Of a DNA stretch of 47,029 nucleotides, positions 1 to 9,120 are shown in pieces. The DNA comes from Deltaproteobacteria bacterium (GTDB taxonomy: Bacteria; Desulfobacterota; Desulfobulbia; Desulfobulbales; BM004), in NCBI GenBank assembly GCA_024639555.1, contig JAHEID010000001.1:1-47029 (forward strand), written 5' to 3'. Below the pieces are notes generated by a model. That model searched no databases, was not told where the DNA came from, and saw only the letters and a program-made list of their open reading frames with translations. The first letter of the stretch is position 1. Each line of letters opens with the position of its first letter. Made by a program: the position numbers and the translations under genes.

Positions 1-76
1 TGAATGAGAAGAATTTTACCAGCCGGAATGGTCTCAGAGAGTCAATTTTAGTTTTTTGAGAACTGGAAGTTATCAT
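1..76 (-). CDS. N-terminal fragment of an unidentified ORF running off the left edge
   Basis: ATG at 74-76 directly follows the TAA (77-79) of the upstream radical SAM gene. My translation is MITSSSQKTKIDSLRPFRLVKFFSF..., which is too short to assign a family. Confidence 0.3.
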   Translation of the reverse strand, partial: MITSSSQKTKIDSLRPFRLVKFFSF

Positions 77-1843
77 TTAGCAGACTCCGCAACGTTTACA
101 ATGGGACGTATCGCAGGGGACAGTTGTTTTTCCCCTTAAAGCTTTTTGGTATTCAGACCAGAGATATTGACGCTCAATACCGTGATCAATTATCTCCCAG
201 GGCAAAGGCTCAGTTGCATCTCTCTGGCGCAGAGTGTAATAATCCGGATTGATATTTTCTTTGGCAAAAGCCTGTTTCCAGGTACAGTTATTGAGCAGCA
301 TCGACAATAAGGCATGGCCGACCCTGCGGTCACCCCTGGAGAGAACAGCTTGGAAAAAAGCCTTTTCAGGACTTTCAGTCTTGATGCGAATGTTTGGTTC
401 GGCGGCAATTTTTTTACGTAGAAATTTTAGTTTCTGTTTCAAAAGCGAAACCTTTTCCATGGGATGAAATTGAAATGGTGTCCAGGGCTTTGGAATAAAA
501 CAGTTTATACTCAAAGTCAAGGTGCTGAGCCTGCCCCTGGCGCGGCCGGCAGTCAATATTTTATTCTTTACCTTCATGATCAGGTCTACCATTTCATCAA
601 GGTCTGATTGGGATTCGGTTGGCAGGCCAATCATAAAATAGAGTTTCAGGTTTTGAATACCTTTCTTTACAAGTATTTCAGCAGCTGCGAGCACATCGTT
701 TTCTGTTATACCTTTGTTGATGACCAGCCGCAAGCGTTCAGAACCACCATCCGGGGCAATAGCGGCACTTTTTAGTTTACTGCTGCCCAACAGTTCCACG
801 AGAGAAGAATTAATGATATCTGCCCGCAAAGAGGAAAAAGACAGGGAACATGACTGGTTGGAAAGATAGTCTGCAATTAAGGCTACATCTTCAGAGCGCG
901 CCATTTCCATACCTAGAAGACCAACCCTTGAAGTGTTATGTGGCCTGGAGTCAAGAGCATTTATTATTGATTGCGCCTTCCATAGCCGGGGGGGGCGATA
1001 GATAAAACCAGCTGCACAGAATCTGCAGCCGCGACTGCAACCCCGTCCCAGCTCAGTCATATAAAGATCAGAAAATTCTGCCAGAGGGGTGAGAATATGG
1101 GAGTGGGCCGCAACATTTCCGGGTGAATCCATGATTACTTTTTTAATTCTCTGAGGAAGTGTTGCATATTCTTCTTTGGGAGTGGTAGAAAGGAGAGCGC
1201 CATCAGGAGCATATGCAACCTCATAGAGTCCGGGAGCATAACATCCCGGGAGGTTTGTCCCTATTTCTTCCAGGAGTTTCACTTTATTTTTTCCGCCGAT
1301 TCCCGGTAACAGAAAAGCCATAGCAGAGTCCAGTATCGGTTCCGCTTCACCGATAATGAAAAGATCGACAAACGGGGCCAATGGTTCCGGATTCATGAAT
1401 GTGGCAACGCCACCGGCAACAACAAGGGGTTGCCCGCCTGCAGCCACAGCAGTTACAACCTGACTTTTTTCAGTTCTTTTAAGTGCCAGTGACGGGATGC
1501 CTGACATCTCCAGCAGCATGATCATGTGCTGATAGTCCTGTTCGAAACTGACGGAGAAAAAGAGCAGGGGGAAATCGGCAAGCGGTCTGCCTGATTCAAG
1601 GGATACAGGTTTTGTGCCGGATTCAGGGAGAAAAATCCTTTCAGCTACAATGGAATCATCACGGTTCAGCAGCTGGTAGACAAGCTGAAACCCAAGATTG
1701 GACATTCCGAGTGCATACTTGTTGGGATATATGAGAGCGATTGGGACCCGGTTTTTCCATTTTTTCTTAATACCCCCTTTTTCATGGAATAACTGTTCCC
1801 TGTTGCCGCCAACTCCAGCAGTCAATCTTGATTTTCGCCCCAT
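77..1843 (-). CDS. Radical SAM protein with B12-binding-like N-terminal module (TIGR03960-like, function unknown)
   Basis: 588-aa ORF. It has an N-terminal IALIYPNKYALGMSNLGFQLVY module, the CxxxCxxC motif CSRGCRFC, and a C-terminal Cx4Cx2Cx2C cluster (CDTSHCKRCGVC). It is an obvious paralogue of the N-terminal part of ORF 43853-46459. Confidence 0.85.
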   Translation of the reverse strand: MGRKSRLTAGVGGNREQLFHEKGGIKKKWKNRVPIALIYPNKYALGMSNLGFQLVYQLLNRDDSIVAERIFLPESGTKPVSLESGRPLADFPLLFFSVSFEQDYQHMIMLLEMSGIPSLALKRTEKSQVVTAVAAGGQPLVVAGGVATFMNPEPLAPFVDLFIIGEAEPILDSAMAFLLPGIGGKNKVKLLEEIGTNLPGCYAPGLYEVAYAPDGALLSTTPKEEYATLPQRIKKVIMDSPGNVAAHSHILTPLAEFSDLYMTELGRGCSRGCRFCAAGFIYRPPRLWKAQSIINALDSRPHNTSRVGLLGMEMARSEDVALIADYLSNQSCSLSFSSLRADIINSSLVELLGSSKLKSAAIAPDGGSERLRLVINKGITENDVLAAAEILVKKGIQNLKLYFMIGLPTESQSDLDEMVDLIMKVKNKILTAGRARGRLSTLTLSINCFIPKPWTPFQFHPMEKVSLLKQKLKFLRKKIAAEPNIRIKTESPEKAFFQAVLSRGDRRVGHALLSMLLNNCTWKQAFAKENINPDYYTLRQRDATEPLPWEIIDHGIERQYLWSEYQKALRGKTTVPCDTSHCKRCGVC

Positions 1844-2197
1844 AAAATAAAAACATCAGCTGTCAGAAAGGATGAGCTTATTGCAGCATGTATATTGATA
1901 CAATCGTAGATAAGCGTGGACTTCGAAAAGTCTCGCAGTCGGCAACAGGGCCTCATATAATTAAAAGATAATAGACGAGAAAGCAGCCCGTCGCGCCCTT
2001 TTCGAGACCGAAAATAATTTGCAAGATGGATTTTCACGGTTCACTTAATGAGTACTCTGCAAAGATGATCGATTTGTTAATTAACCAAGAAGGGGGATAT
2101 AAAGTAAAACTGTCCCCACGCAAATAAATATGAAAGTATATTAACCATTTTGGGGGAGAAGGCAATATAATCTCAAAACCAGCTTTTATCCTCTGCA

Positions 2198-3397
2198 TTA
2201 ATCTGCGGCCTGTCGTAAATATGTCGGTGTTTCCAGTTCAGCCTCGTCCAAAGTATCGGGAAAGGGCAATGGCTGTTTCCTGACAAGTCCCGGATTACGT
2301 CGGCTAAAGGCTTTGTTCGGCCTGCTGACGTTGTTGCCTGAAGAATTTGTGGGATTATTGTTGGCCTCAAGGTCTCTTTCCCGAGACTGGTCTTTATTGG
2401 CAACGGCTTGAATGGGCCTCTTGATAGTTTCAGCCTCTTCCATGCCGTTTACGCCGGTGGCGATAACCGTAACCCTTATCTCGTCATTGAGGCTGTCATC
2501 AAAAAGTGCACCAACAATGATATTTGCATCTTCATGAGCCTTCTGGGATATCAGGTTTGATGCTTCCATGAACTCATTCATTGTCAGAGAGTCTTCTGAG
2601 GCTGAAATGTTAATGAGTACACCTTTAGCGCCGTCAATTCCCACATCCTGCAACAGAGGATTGTCAATTGCACGTTTCGCAGCCTCTATAGCACGATTTT
2701 CACCTACACCTACACCGGCTCCCATTAATGCCGGTCCTACTTCTTTCATAACTGCTTTGAGATCGGCGAAGTCGACATTCATATGGCCGGGAAGATTTAT
2801 CAGGTCAGTAATGCCCTTTACGGCCTGCAAAAGGACCTCATCAGCCTTTTTCATCATGTCCATGAGCTTACTGCCTTTTTGCATGATGGTCAGAAGGCGG
2901 TCATTGGGAATTGTAATAATAGTGTCCACATGCTTCTTTAATTCCTTCCAGCCTTCTTCAGCTTTTTTCATCCTGGTCTTTGCTTCAAAAAAGAAAGGCT
3001 TGGTAACAACGGCAACGGTAAGCGCCCCGATCTCCTTGCTGAGCTTGGCTATTACGGGTGCACCACCGGTTCCTGTGCCACCCCCAAGGCCGGCTGTAAT
3101 AAAGACCATATCAGAGCCTTTGAGCACCGCCCGAATGTCTTCCAAACTTTCAAAGGCGGCTTCTTTCCCCCGTTCAGGGTCTGCCCCGGCCCCAAGCCCT
3201 TTTGTTATCCCGGGCCCCAGTTGCAGGCACACGTCAGCCCTGGAATTTTCCAGGGCTTGCATGTCAGTGTTGGCGGCAATGAATTCAATCCCTCGGAGAT
3301 TGTTTTCAACCATGGTATTGACGGCGTTTCCTCCACCACCACCGATACCGATAACCCTGATCCTGGCCAATGTTTCTTCTGCCATTCGAAATTCCAT
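2198..3397 (-). CDS. ftsZ: Cell division GTPase FtsZ
   Basis: IGIGGGGGNAVN, tubulin signature GLGGGTGTGGAPVIA, T7-loop NVDFADL, and C-terminal peptide ETPTYLRQ. A strong SD (aagggggaaag) lies upstream of the ATG at 3397. Confidence 0.97.
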   Translation of the reverse strand: MEFRMAEETLARIRVIGIGGGGGNAVNTMVENNLRGIEFIAANTDMQALENSRADVCLQLGPGITKGLGAGADPERGKEAAFESLEDIRAVLKGSDMVFITAGLGGGTGTGGAPVIAKLSKEIGALTVAVVTKPFFFEAKTRMKKAEEGWKELKKHVDTIITIPNDRLLTIMQKGSKLMDMMKKADEVLLQAVKGITDLINLPGHMNVDFADLKAVMKEVGPALMGAGVGVGENRAIEAAKRAIDNPLLQDVGIDGAKGVLINISASEDSLTMNEFMEASNLISQKAHEDANIIVGALFDDSLNDEIRVTVIATGVNGMEEAETIKRPIQAVANKDQSRERDLEANNNPTNSSGNNVSRPNKAFSRRNPGLVRKQPLPFPDTLDEAELETPTYLRQAAD

Positions 3398-3498
3398 CTT
3401 CTTTCCCCCTTCTTTCCATCCGTTTTGACTATTTGAAGCGTAACGTAGAACCGTTAAATATTAATAAGATTGTCACATGGTTTTTTATGTTTTGCCTG

Positions 3499-4731
3499 CT
3501 ACAGGTTGTTGCTGAACCAGCCTTTTACCCAGCCGACCACACCTCCTATGGCCTTTTTGCCTGGGACCCGCCATTTCTTCCCTGATGCATGCCTGCTGGC
3601 ATAGAAAACAAGCCCTACACCTGTTGCATGCTGAGGGGAGTTAGTACTTTCTGGAGCCTCATTGATATCGCGGGGATATCCAATTCTTACAGGCAGATCA
3701 AAAATCTGTTCTGCCAGATCGACAATATGCTCAAGAAGGCCTGTGCCGCCGCATATGACAACTCCGGCATTTAATCTGTCCTTGTATGAAGAGTCGATCA
3801 TTTCCTGGTTGAGGATGATCAGCATTTCCTCAATTCTCGGCTCCAGGATTTGGCCCATGATCCGTTGCTTGACTTTTCGGGGTTTTCTGTCCCCTACAGT
3901 GGGAACTTCTATAATGTTATCGCCATTTATCATGGAGGTCATGGCAGAACCGTAGAGGTTCTTTAACCGTTCAGCCTCTTGAAAAGGGGTGCGCAGGCCG
4001 ACAGACAAATCGTTGGTCAGGTTATTGCCACCCAGCCCGAGTTCATAGGTATGCTTAATTGTACCGCCGGAAAAGATGGCCAGATCAGAAGTGCCTCCAC
4101 CTATGTCAAGGAGGCCGACACCAAGGTCCATTTCTTCGCGGGATAGCACTGCATTTGCTGAGGCCAATGATTCCAGAACAATATCAGCGACCTCAAGGCC
4201 CGCCCTATTGCAACACATTACAAGGTTATGGATTGAGGTTGTATCGCCCGTTACGATGTGGACATTTGTCACCAGCCTGACCCCGGTCATTCCTAATGGA
4301 TCCTGAATGCCGGTGTGATCATCAACCATGAATTCCTGGGGTAGAACATGGATGATTTGTTGATTTTGTGAAAGGTTAACTGCCCTTGCAGCATCAATAA
4401 CGCGGTTTATGTCATCCTGCCGGATTTCCCTGTTTTTAATACCGACGATGCCCGGGCTGTTGAAACCTTTAATATGGCTGCCGGCAATGCCTACAGATAC
4501 GGTGTTGATTTCACATCCTGCCATTTCCTCAGCCTGTTCCACTGCCATACGGATGGAATGCACGGTGCTTTCGATGTTAACGACTACGCCCTTTTTCAGG
4601 CCTATTGAAGGATGGGTGCCTATACCGATAATATCAATCTTATTCTCGAAAGCCTCGCCGATGACAGCACAGATTTTTGTGGTGCCGACATCAAGTCCCA
4701 CTATCAGTTCTCCCCGATGCTTTTTTTCCAT
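3499..4731 (-). CDS. ftsA: Cell division protein FtsA (actin-like ATPase)
   Basis: GLDVGTTKICAVIGE and DIGGGTSDLAIF actin-fold motifs, plus a C-terminal amphipathic tail GWVKGWFSNNL. Position is between ftsQ and ftsZ. Confidence 0.95.
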   Translation of the reverse strand: MEKKHRGELIVGLDVGTTKICAVIGEAFENKIDIIGIGTHPSIGLKKGVVVNIESTVHSIRMAVEQAEEMAGCEINTVSVGIAGSHIKGFNSPGIVGIKNREIRQDDINRVIDAARAVNLSQNQQIIHVLPQEFMVDDHTGIQDPLGMTGVRLVTNVHIVTGDTTSIHNLVMCCNRAGLEVADIVLESLASANAVLSREEMDLGVGLLDIGGGTSDLAIFSGGTIKHTYELGLGGNNLTNDLSVGLRTPFQEAERLKNLYGSAMTSMINGDNIIEVPTVGDRKPRKVKQRIMGQILEPRIEEMLIILNQEMIDSSYKDRLNAGVVICGGTGLLEHIVDLAEQIFDLPVRIGYPRDINEAPESTNSPQHATGVGLVFYASRHASGKKWRVPGKKAIGGVVGWVKGWFSNNL

Positions 4732-4736
4732 TTATT

Positions 4737-5594
4737 TCATCCCCGGTGTACCTTGCCGGTTTCAATTTTGCCGACCAGAATAGTATCCTTCTGATAATCC
4801 AAGCGGATATATAAAACTTCAGAAAATTCACGAGTTTTATATAGATTCTTCAAAACCCTTACCAGCCGGTAATAACGTGTTGAAATTTTTCCTTCTGACC
4901 CCAGATATATAGGGAATGGCCTGTCAAGCAGATAAAGAATAAGCTCACCTTTTTCTGCGATATGAATCTCAGAGATATTTTGCTGGGGCAGTATCGGATT
5001 ATTTCTATTGGCTAACTTCAGTAAATCAAAAACATCCTTTAATGGTTCAGGAATTTGGGCTGATCCAGCTGTGTTAAAACTATAATTTTCTAGCCCGGTA
5101 ATAACCGGAAAGTCAAGTTCCTGTACAGGGGTTGCCGCTGCAATAATCTGACCGCTGCCGTCGAGGTAAAACAGTCCAGTTTCTCTGTTCAACAAGGCAA
5201 CAGGGGTTTTTTCCTTCAGGTTGATCAACAACCTGTTTGGCCAGTCGCGGATGACTTCTGCCTTGGCAATCCACGGATGGCTTTCGAGTAATGCCTGCAC
5301 CTGAACCACATTGATGGCCAGGAGATTGGAATGGATATCAACTCTGCTTAAGGCGGAAATCTGCTCTTTACTTGTCATGTGGTTGTTATTGATCCGGACA
5401 GAGGTTATTTGGAAGAAATCGCACTGGCACAGCCTTTGATATATATGCTTGCCCCCGAACCCAAGACCCAGGAGAAGGATAAGAAGTGCCAAAACCTTGA
5501 TGAGCAGCTTCGGCTCCTGGTTTAAGGCATGTTTTGGTCCTTTGGGGCTTTTGATTGATTTGATTTCTATGTTTGCAGCATGTGGCATATTCAT
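4737..5594 (-). CDS. ftsQ: Cell division protein FtsQ (POTRA domain)
   Basis: Single TM segment (LIKVLALLILLLGLGFGG) followed by a POTRA-like region. I chose the ATG at 5594 (MNMPHAAN) because the longer ORF-track start (5672) overlaps murB, whose stop is at 5599. Confidence 0.85.
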   Translation of the reverse strand: MNMPHAANIEIKSIKSPKGPKHALNQEPKLLIKVLALLILLLGLGFGGKHIYQRLCQCDFFQITSVRINNNHMTSKEQISALSRVDIHSNLLAINVVQVQALLESHPWIAKAEVIRDWPNRLLINLKEKTPVALLNRETGLFYLDGSGQIIAAATPVQELDFPVITGLENYSFNTAGSAQIPEPLKDVFDLLKLANRNNPILPQQNISEIHIAEKGELILYLLDRPFPIYLGSEGKISTRYYRLVRVLKNLYKTREFSEVLYIRLDYQKDTILVGKIETGKVHRG

Positions 5595-5598
5595 TTTT

Positions 5599-6552
5599 TT
5601 ACACTCCACCCAAAATATGAACTTCAGGCTCAAGTTTGATGCCAAAGCGTTTGTAGACTTTCTGTTGCACAACCTGCATGAGATTTAAGATATCAGCGGC
5701 GGAAGCCTTGCCGGTATTTACAATGAAATTGGCATGCTTTTCGGAAATTTTTGCACCACCAATTGATAATCCTTTAAGCCCTGCTTTTTCAATCAAGCGT
5801 CCTGCTGAATCAGCCACTGGATTTTTAAAGAAAGAACCAGCACTCAGTTCTGCAACCGGTTGATTTTTCTGACGCAATTCCTTGTATTTTCTACATGTTG
5901 CTTTAATCTCATCAATACTGCCAGGAGTTAAACTAAAGGTTGCCGAGAGCAGAACCATATTGGGTGGCATGGACCATTTTCTGTAAAAAAATCCTAGATT
6001 TCTTCCTTGTTCAGGAAATATGTCGCCGTTGCTGTCCATGAGGAGAACCTTATCAACCAGGCTGCCGATTTCGTATCCCCAGGCTCCGGCATTCATGACA
6101 ATTGCCCCGCCGATACTTCCCGGGATACCAACTCCAAATTCCAGGCCCGATAAACTTTGCAAGGTGCAGTAATTCACAAGCTTGGGAAGAAGGCATCCTG
6201 CACCGGCGCGGATGAGAACCTTTTCTTTTTTCTGGGGAGTGGTTGAATCCATGAGTTTTTCAATAGATCTGAAATCCCCTTCCAGGATAATGACTACCCC
6301 TGCAATTCCACTGTCAGGCACCAGAATGTTGCTACCTCTGCCGACAATCAACCAGCCAATTCCATGATTCTTCAACCAGCGGATCAAACTATTGAGTTCC
6401 TGGGTGTTCGACACCCCAATAATAGCCTCTGCAGGTCCACCGACTTTGAGAGTAGAGAATTGCGACATGGGACTGTCCCATAAAATTCTGCCCTTCCAGA
6501 AACGATCAAGGTCCCTTGCATGTGAATTAAGTCGCGCCATAATTTCAGTCAA
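5599..6552 (-). CDS. murB: UDP-N-acetylenolpyruvoylglucosamine reductase MurB
   Basis: FAD-binding MurB pattern (LKVGGPAEAII, VGRGSNILV, GAKISEKHANFIVN) and position after murC. Confidence 0.93.
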   Translation of the reverse strand: MTEIMARLNSHARDLDRFWKGRILWDSPMSQFSTLKVGGPAEAIIGVSNTQELNSLIRWLKNHGIGWLIVGRGSNILVPDSGIAGVVIILEGDFRSIEKLMDSTTPQKKEKVLIRAGAGCLLPKLVNYCTLQSLSGLEFGVGIPGSIGGAIVMNAGAWGYEIGSLVDKVLLMDSNGDIFPEQGRNLGFFYRKWSMPPNMVLLSATFSLTPGSIDEIKATCRKYKELRQKNQPVAELSAGSFFKNPVADSAGRLIEKAGLKGLSIGGAKISEKHANFIVNTGKASAADILNLMQVVQQKVYKRFGIKLEPEVHILGGV

Positions 6553-6562
6553 TTAGCCTGTT

Positions 6563-7942
6563 TTAGTCCTGCATCATTTCCAACAATTTTTCACCAGCCT
6601 GCCAGATGTTTCCGGCTCCCAGTGACAAGACCACGTCACCAGGGGCAAGAATGTCCATGGCCTTGTCAAGGAGCTCGGAAAAACTTGGTTCAAAATAAGC
6701 ATGTCTATGGCCATGCTGCTTTATGCCATTTAACAGTGCTTCTGCAGTCACACCGGGAATAGGGGATTCGCTGGCACTGTATATTTCGGTTAAAAGAAGG
6801 ATGTCAGCCTCATGAAAGGCTGTATAGAATTCTTCTGCCAAAGCTTTTGTCCTTGAATAACGATGTGGCTGAAACAGAACAACACGCCTGCGTTCAGGCC
6901 ACGCATCACGTAGGGCGGAGAGGGTTGCCCGTATTTCAGTAGGATGATGTCCATAATCATCAACAACTGTGATGTCTCTCCTTTCTCCTTTAATTTGCAA
7001 CCTTCGCTGCACCCCCGAAAAACTTTCTAAAGCAGCAGCAATAGTTGCAAACGGGATATCCAACTCCAACCCTACAGTGATTGTGGCTAAAGCATTGTAT
7101 ACATTGTGTACTCCGGCCAGGGAAAGATTGACTTCTCCAAGGACTTCATTTTCTACGCAGACTTCAAAGCGGGTGTTGAGCCCGGAGGTGTTAATTCCTT
7201 TGGCATAGACATTTGCCTGGCTGGTCAGGCCATAGGTCAGGAATCTTTTCTTGACCTCGGGCAGGATAGAGGCAACATGGGGATCGTCCAAGCAGAGTAT
7301 GACAGCGCCGTAAAAGGGGATTTTGTCGATAAAATCCAGAAAAACAGCTTTGATCTGTTCTATTGAACTGTAGTAATCCAGGTGCTCCTGGTCAATGTTG
7401 GTAACAATCTCAAGCACAGGGGCAAGCTTCAAAAAGGACCCGTCCGATTCATCCGCTTCTGCAACGAGAAAGTCTCCTCCTCCCAACTTGGCATTGATTC
7501 CACCCAGACAGTCGACTTTACCACCGATAACAACGGTCGGATCAAGCCCTGCCTCTGCAAGAAGCCAGGCCACCATGGATGCGGTTGTTGTTTTGCCGTG
7601 ACTTCCGGCAATGGCAATGCCGAACTTGGCGAGTCGCATCAGTTCTGCCAGCATCTCAGCCCTGGGAATGACGGGGATGAGAGAATTGACGGCAGCTTCG
7701 ACTTCCGGGTTGTCATCAGCAATGGCCGAGGAGATGACAACAACATCAGCTCCCCTTATCCAGTCGGCGTCATGGCCAATATGCAAGGTCCCGCCAAGGG
7801 ACTTCAGGCGGCGAGTTATGTCAGACTCATGCAGGTCTGATCCGCTGATCTTGTAGCCAAGATTCAGCAACAGTTCTGCAATGCCGCTCATGCCGATACC
7901 GCCTATGCCTACGAAGTGTATATGTTTGCTTTTCCTGTACAT
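6563..7942 (-). CDS. murC: UDP-N-acetylmuramate--L-alanine ligase MurC
   Basis: [18 protein letters not shown] Rossmann start and Mur ligase P-loop [11 protein letters not shown]. 459 aa. Confidence 0.95.
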   Translation of the reverse strand: MYRKSKHIHFVGIGGIGMSGIAELLLNLGYKISGSDLHESDITRRLKSLGGTLHIGHDADWIRGADVVVISSAIADDNPEVEAAVNSLIPVIPRAEMLAELMRLAKFGIAIAGSHGKTTTASMVAWLLAEAGLDPTVVIGGKVDCLGGINAKLGGGDFLVAEADESDGSFLKLAPVLEIVTNIDQEHLDYYSSIEQIKAVFLDFIDKIPFYGAVILCLDDPHVASILPEVKKRFLTYGLTSQANVYAKGINTSGLNTRFEVCVENEVLGEVNLSLAGVHNVYNALATITVGLELDIPFATIAAALESFSGVQRRLQIKGERRDITVVDDYGHHPTEIRATLSALRDAWPERRRVVLFQPHRYSRTKALAEEFYTAFHEADILLLTEIYSASESPIPGVTAEALLNGIKQHGHRHAYFEPSFSELLDKAMDILAPGDVVLSLGAGNIWQAGEKLLEMMQD

Positions 7943-7967
7943 TTCAAGGGTTCTTAATTTTATGCTT

Positions 7968-9119
7968 TTATAAGAAGGCTAAAGTTTTTCCAGTATTCTC
8001 TTGTAATTTGTCTTTCAAGAGTTCCATGCATATATTGACAATTGTTCCTGTGGCCTCTGGTTTGGCAACCTTTCCAGAGCTTGCTGACATTTCTGACAGA
8101 AGTTTTGTGTCAGCCAGAAGTCGTGTTATTTCCATGCCGAGTTTTTTCCCGTCCAGGTCAGATTGTCTGAACATGAGGCCACCACCTGCTTCGACAAGAT
8201 AGTGGCCGTTGATCTCCTGGTGATTATCTGCAGCAAAGGGAAACGGCACAAGAATTACAGGCTTGTGGAAGACTGTGAGTTCTGCAAGGGTGGTAGCTCC
8301 TGCCCGGGAAACAACAAGGTCGGCCTGGGAGTAGATCTCTGCCATATCACTGAAAAACGCTTGGACCCTGGCATTGATTCCAAGTTCAGCATATTTCCGC
8401 TTCACATGGATTTCGTCATGCTCACCCGTCTGGTGGATAATGTTGGGCATCGGTGTACGGTCAGCCAAAGAACTTTCAGCTGCTTCAAGCATAAGGCTAT
8501 TTAAGCGCTGTGCGCCTTGACTGCCACCCAAAATCAAGAGTGTCAAGGGTTCCTGGTATTTTTTCTGATCCATCTGATTTGCTGCCTTTATAATCGTGCT
8601 GCGCACCGGATTACCGCTTAATATAGTTTTGGAGTCTGAAAAATATTTTTCACTGCCGGGCAGGGAAACGAATATCCTGTCCGCAATATGGCCCAGCAGT
8701 CTGTTAGCCAGGCCAGGTATGGAATTCTGTTCATGGATGCAGGTTGTGATACCCAGCAGACGGGCCGCAAGAATTACCGGCCCAGTTACATAGCCACCCA
8801 CACCAAAAACAAGATCTGGTCTGAATTTTCGCATAATCCTGACTGCTTCGAAAAGCGCTTTCGGCTGTTGCAGCATGGCCCCTATTTTTGCAACCACGTT
8901 TTTACCTTTTATGCCCTGGCTTTTAATGGTCATGGTAGCAAAACCGAGGTCAGCCAGGGCGGTTTTATCAACCTTTCTCTCTGTGCCGATAAAAAGCACC
9001 TTGCAGCCGGGATAGGTCTGCATCATAGCCTGGGCCAGGGAGATCCCCGGAAAGAGATGGCCGCCGGTCCCGCCACCGGTAATGATAAGCCGCATGTAGT
9101 GTGCTTTTTCGTCTTCCAT
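7968..9119 (-). CDS. murG: Lipid II-forming GlcNAc transferase MurG
   Basis: [17 protein letters not shown] signature. The start is taken at ATG 9119 ([11 protein letters not shown]...), or alternatively 9095. The ORF-track extension to 9275 overlaps the murD 3' end and is not credible. Confidence 0.93.
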   Translation of the reverse strand: MEDEKAHYMRLIITGGGTGGHLFPGISLAQAMMQTYPGCKVLFIGTERKVDKTALADLGFATMTIKSQGIKGKNVVAKIGAMLQQPKALFEAVRIMRKFRPDLVFGVGGYVTGPVILAARLLGITTCIHEQNSIPGLANRLLGHIADRIFVSLPGSEKYFSDSKTILSGNPVRSTIIKAANQMDQKKYQEPLTLLILGGSQGAQRLNSLMLEAAESSLADRTPMPNIIHQTGEHDEIHVKRKYAELGINARVQAFFSDMAEIYSQADLVVSRAGATTLAELTVFHKPVILVPFPFAADNHQEINGHYLVEAGGGLMFRQSDLDGKKLGMEITRLLADTKLLSEMSASSGKVAKPEATGTIVNICMELLKDKLQENTGKTLAFL

Positions 9120-9120
9120 C

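Noticed and set aside
2568-3428. 286-aa plus-strand ORF
   Set aside because: It is entirely antisense to ftsZ. Its low-complexity Ser/Pro/Ala-rich translation has no recognisable motifs, which is a typical shadow ORF opposite a well-supported gene.
5425-5439. Sigma54-like TGGCAC-N5-TTGA match
   Set aside because: It lies on the plus strand inside the minus-strand ftsQ coding region with no downstream plus-strand gene, so it is a chance match.
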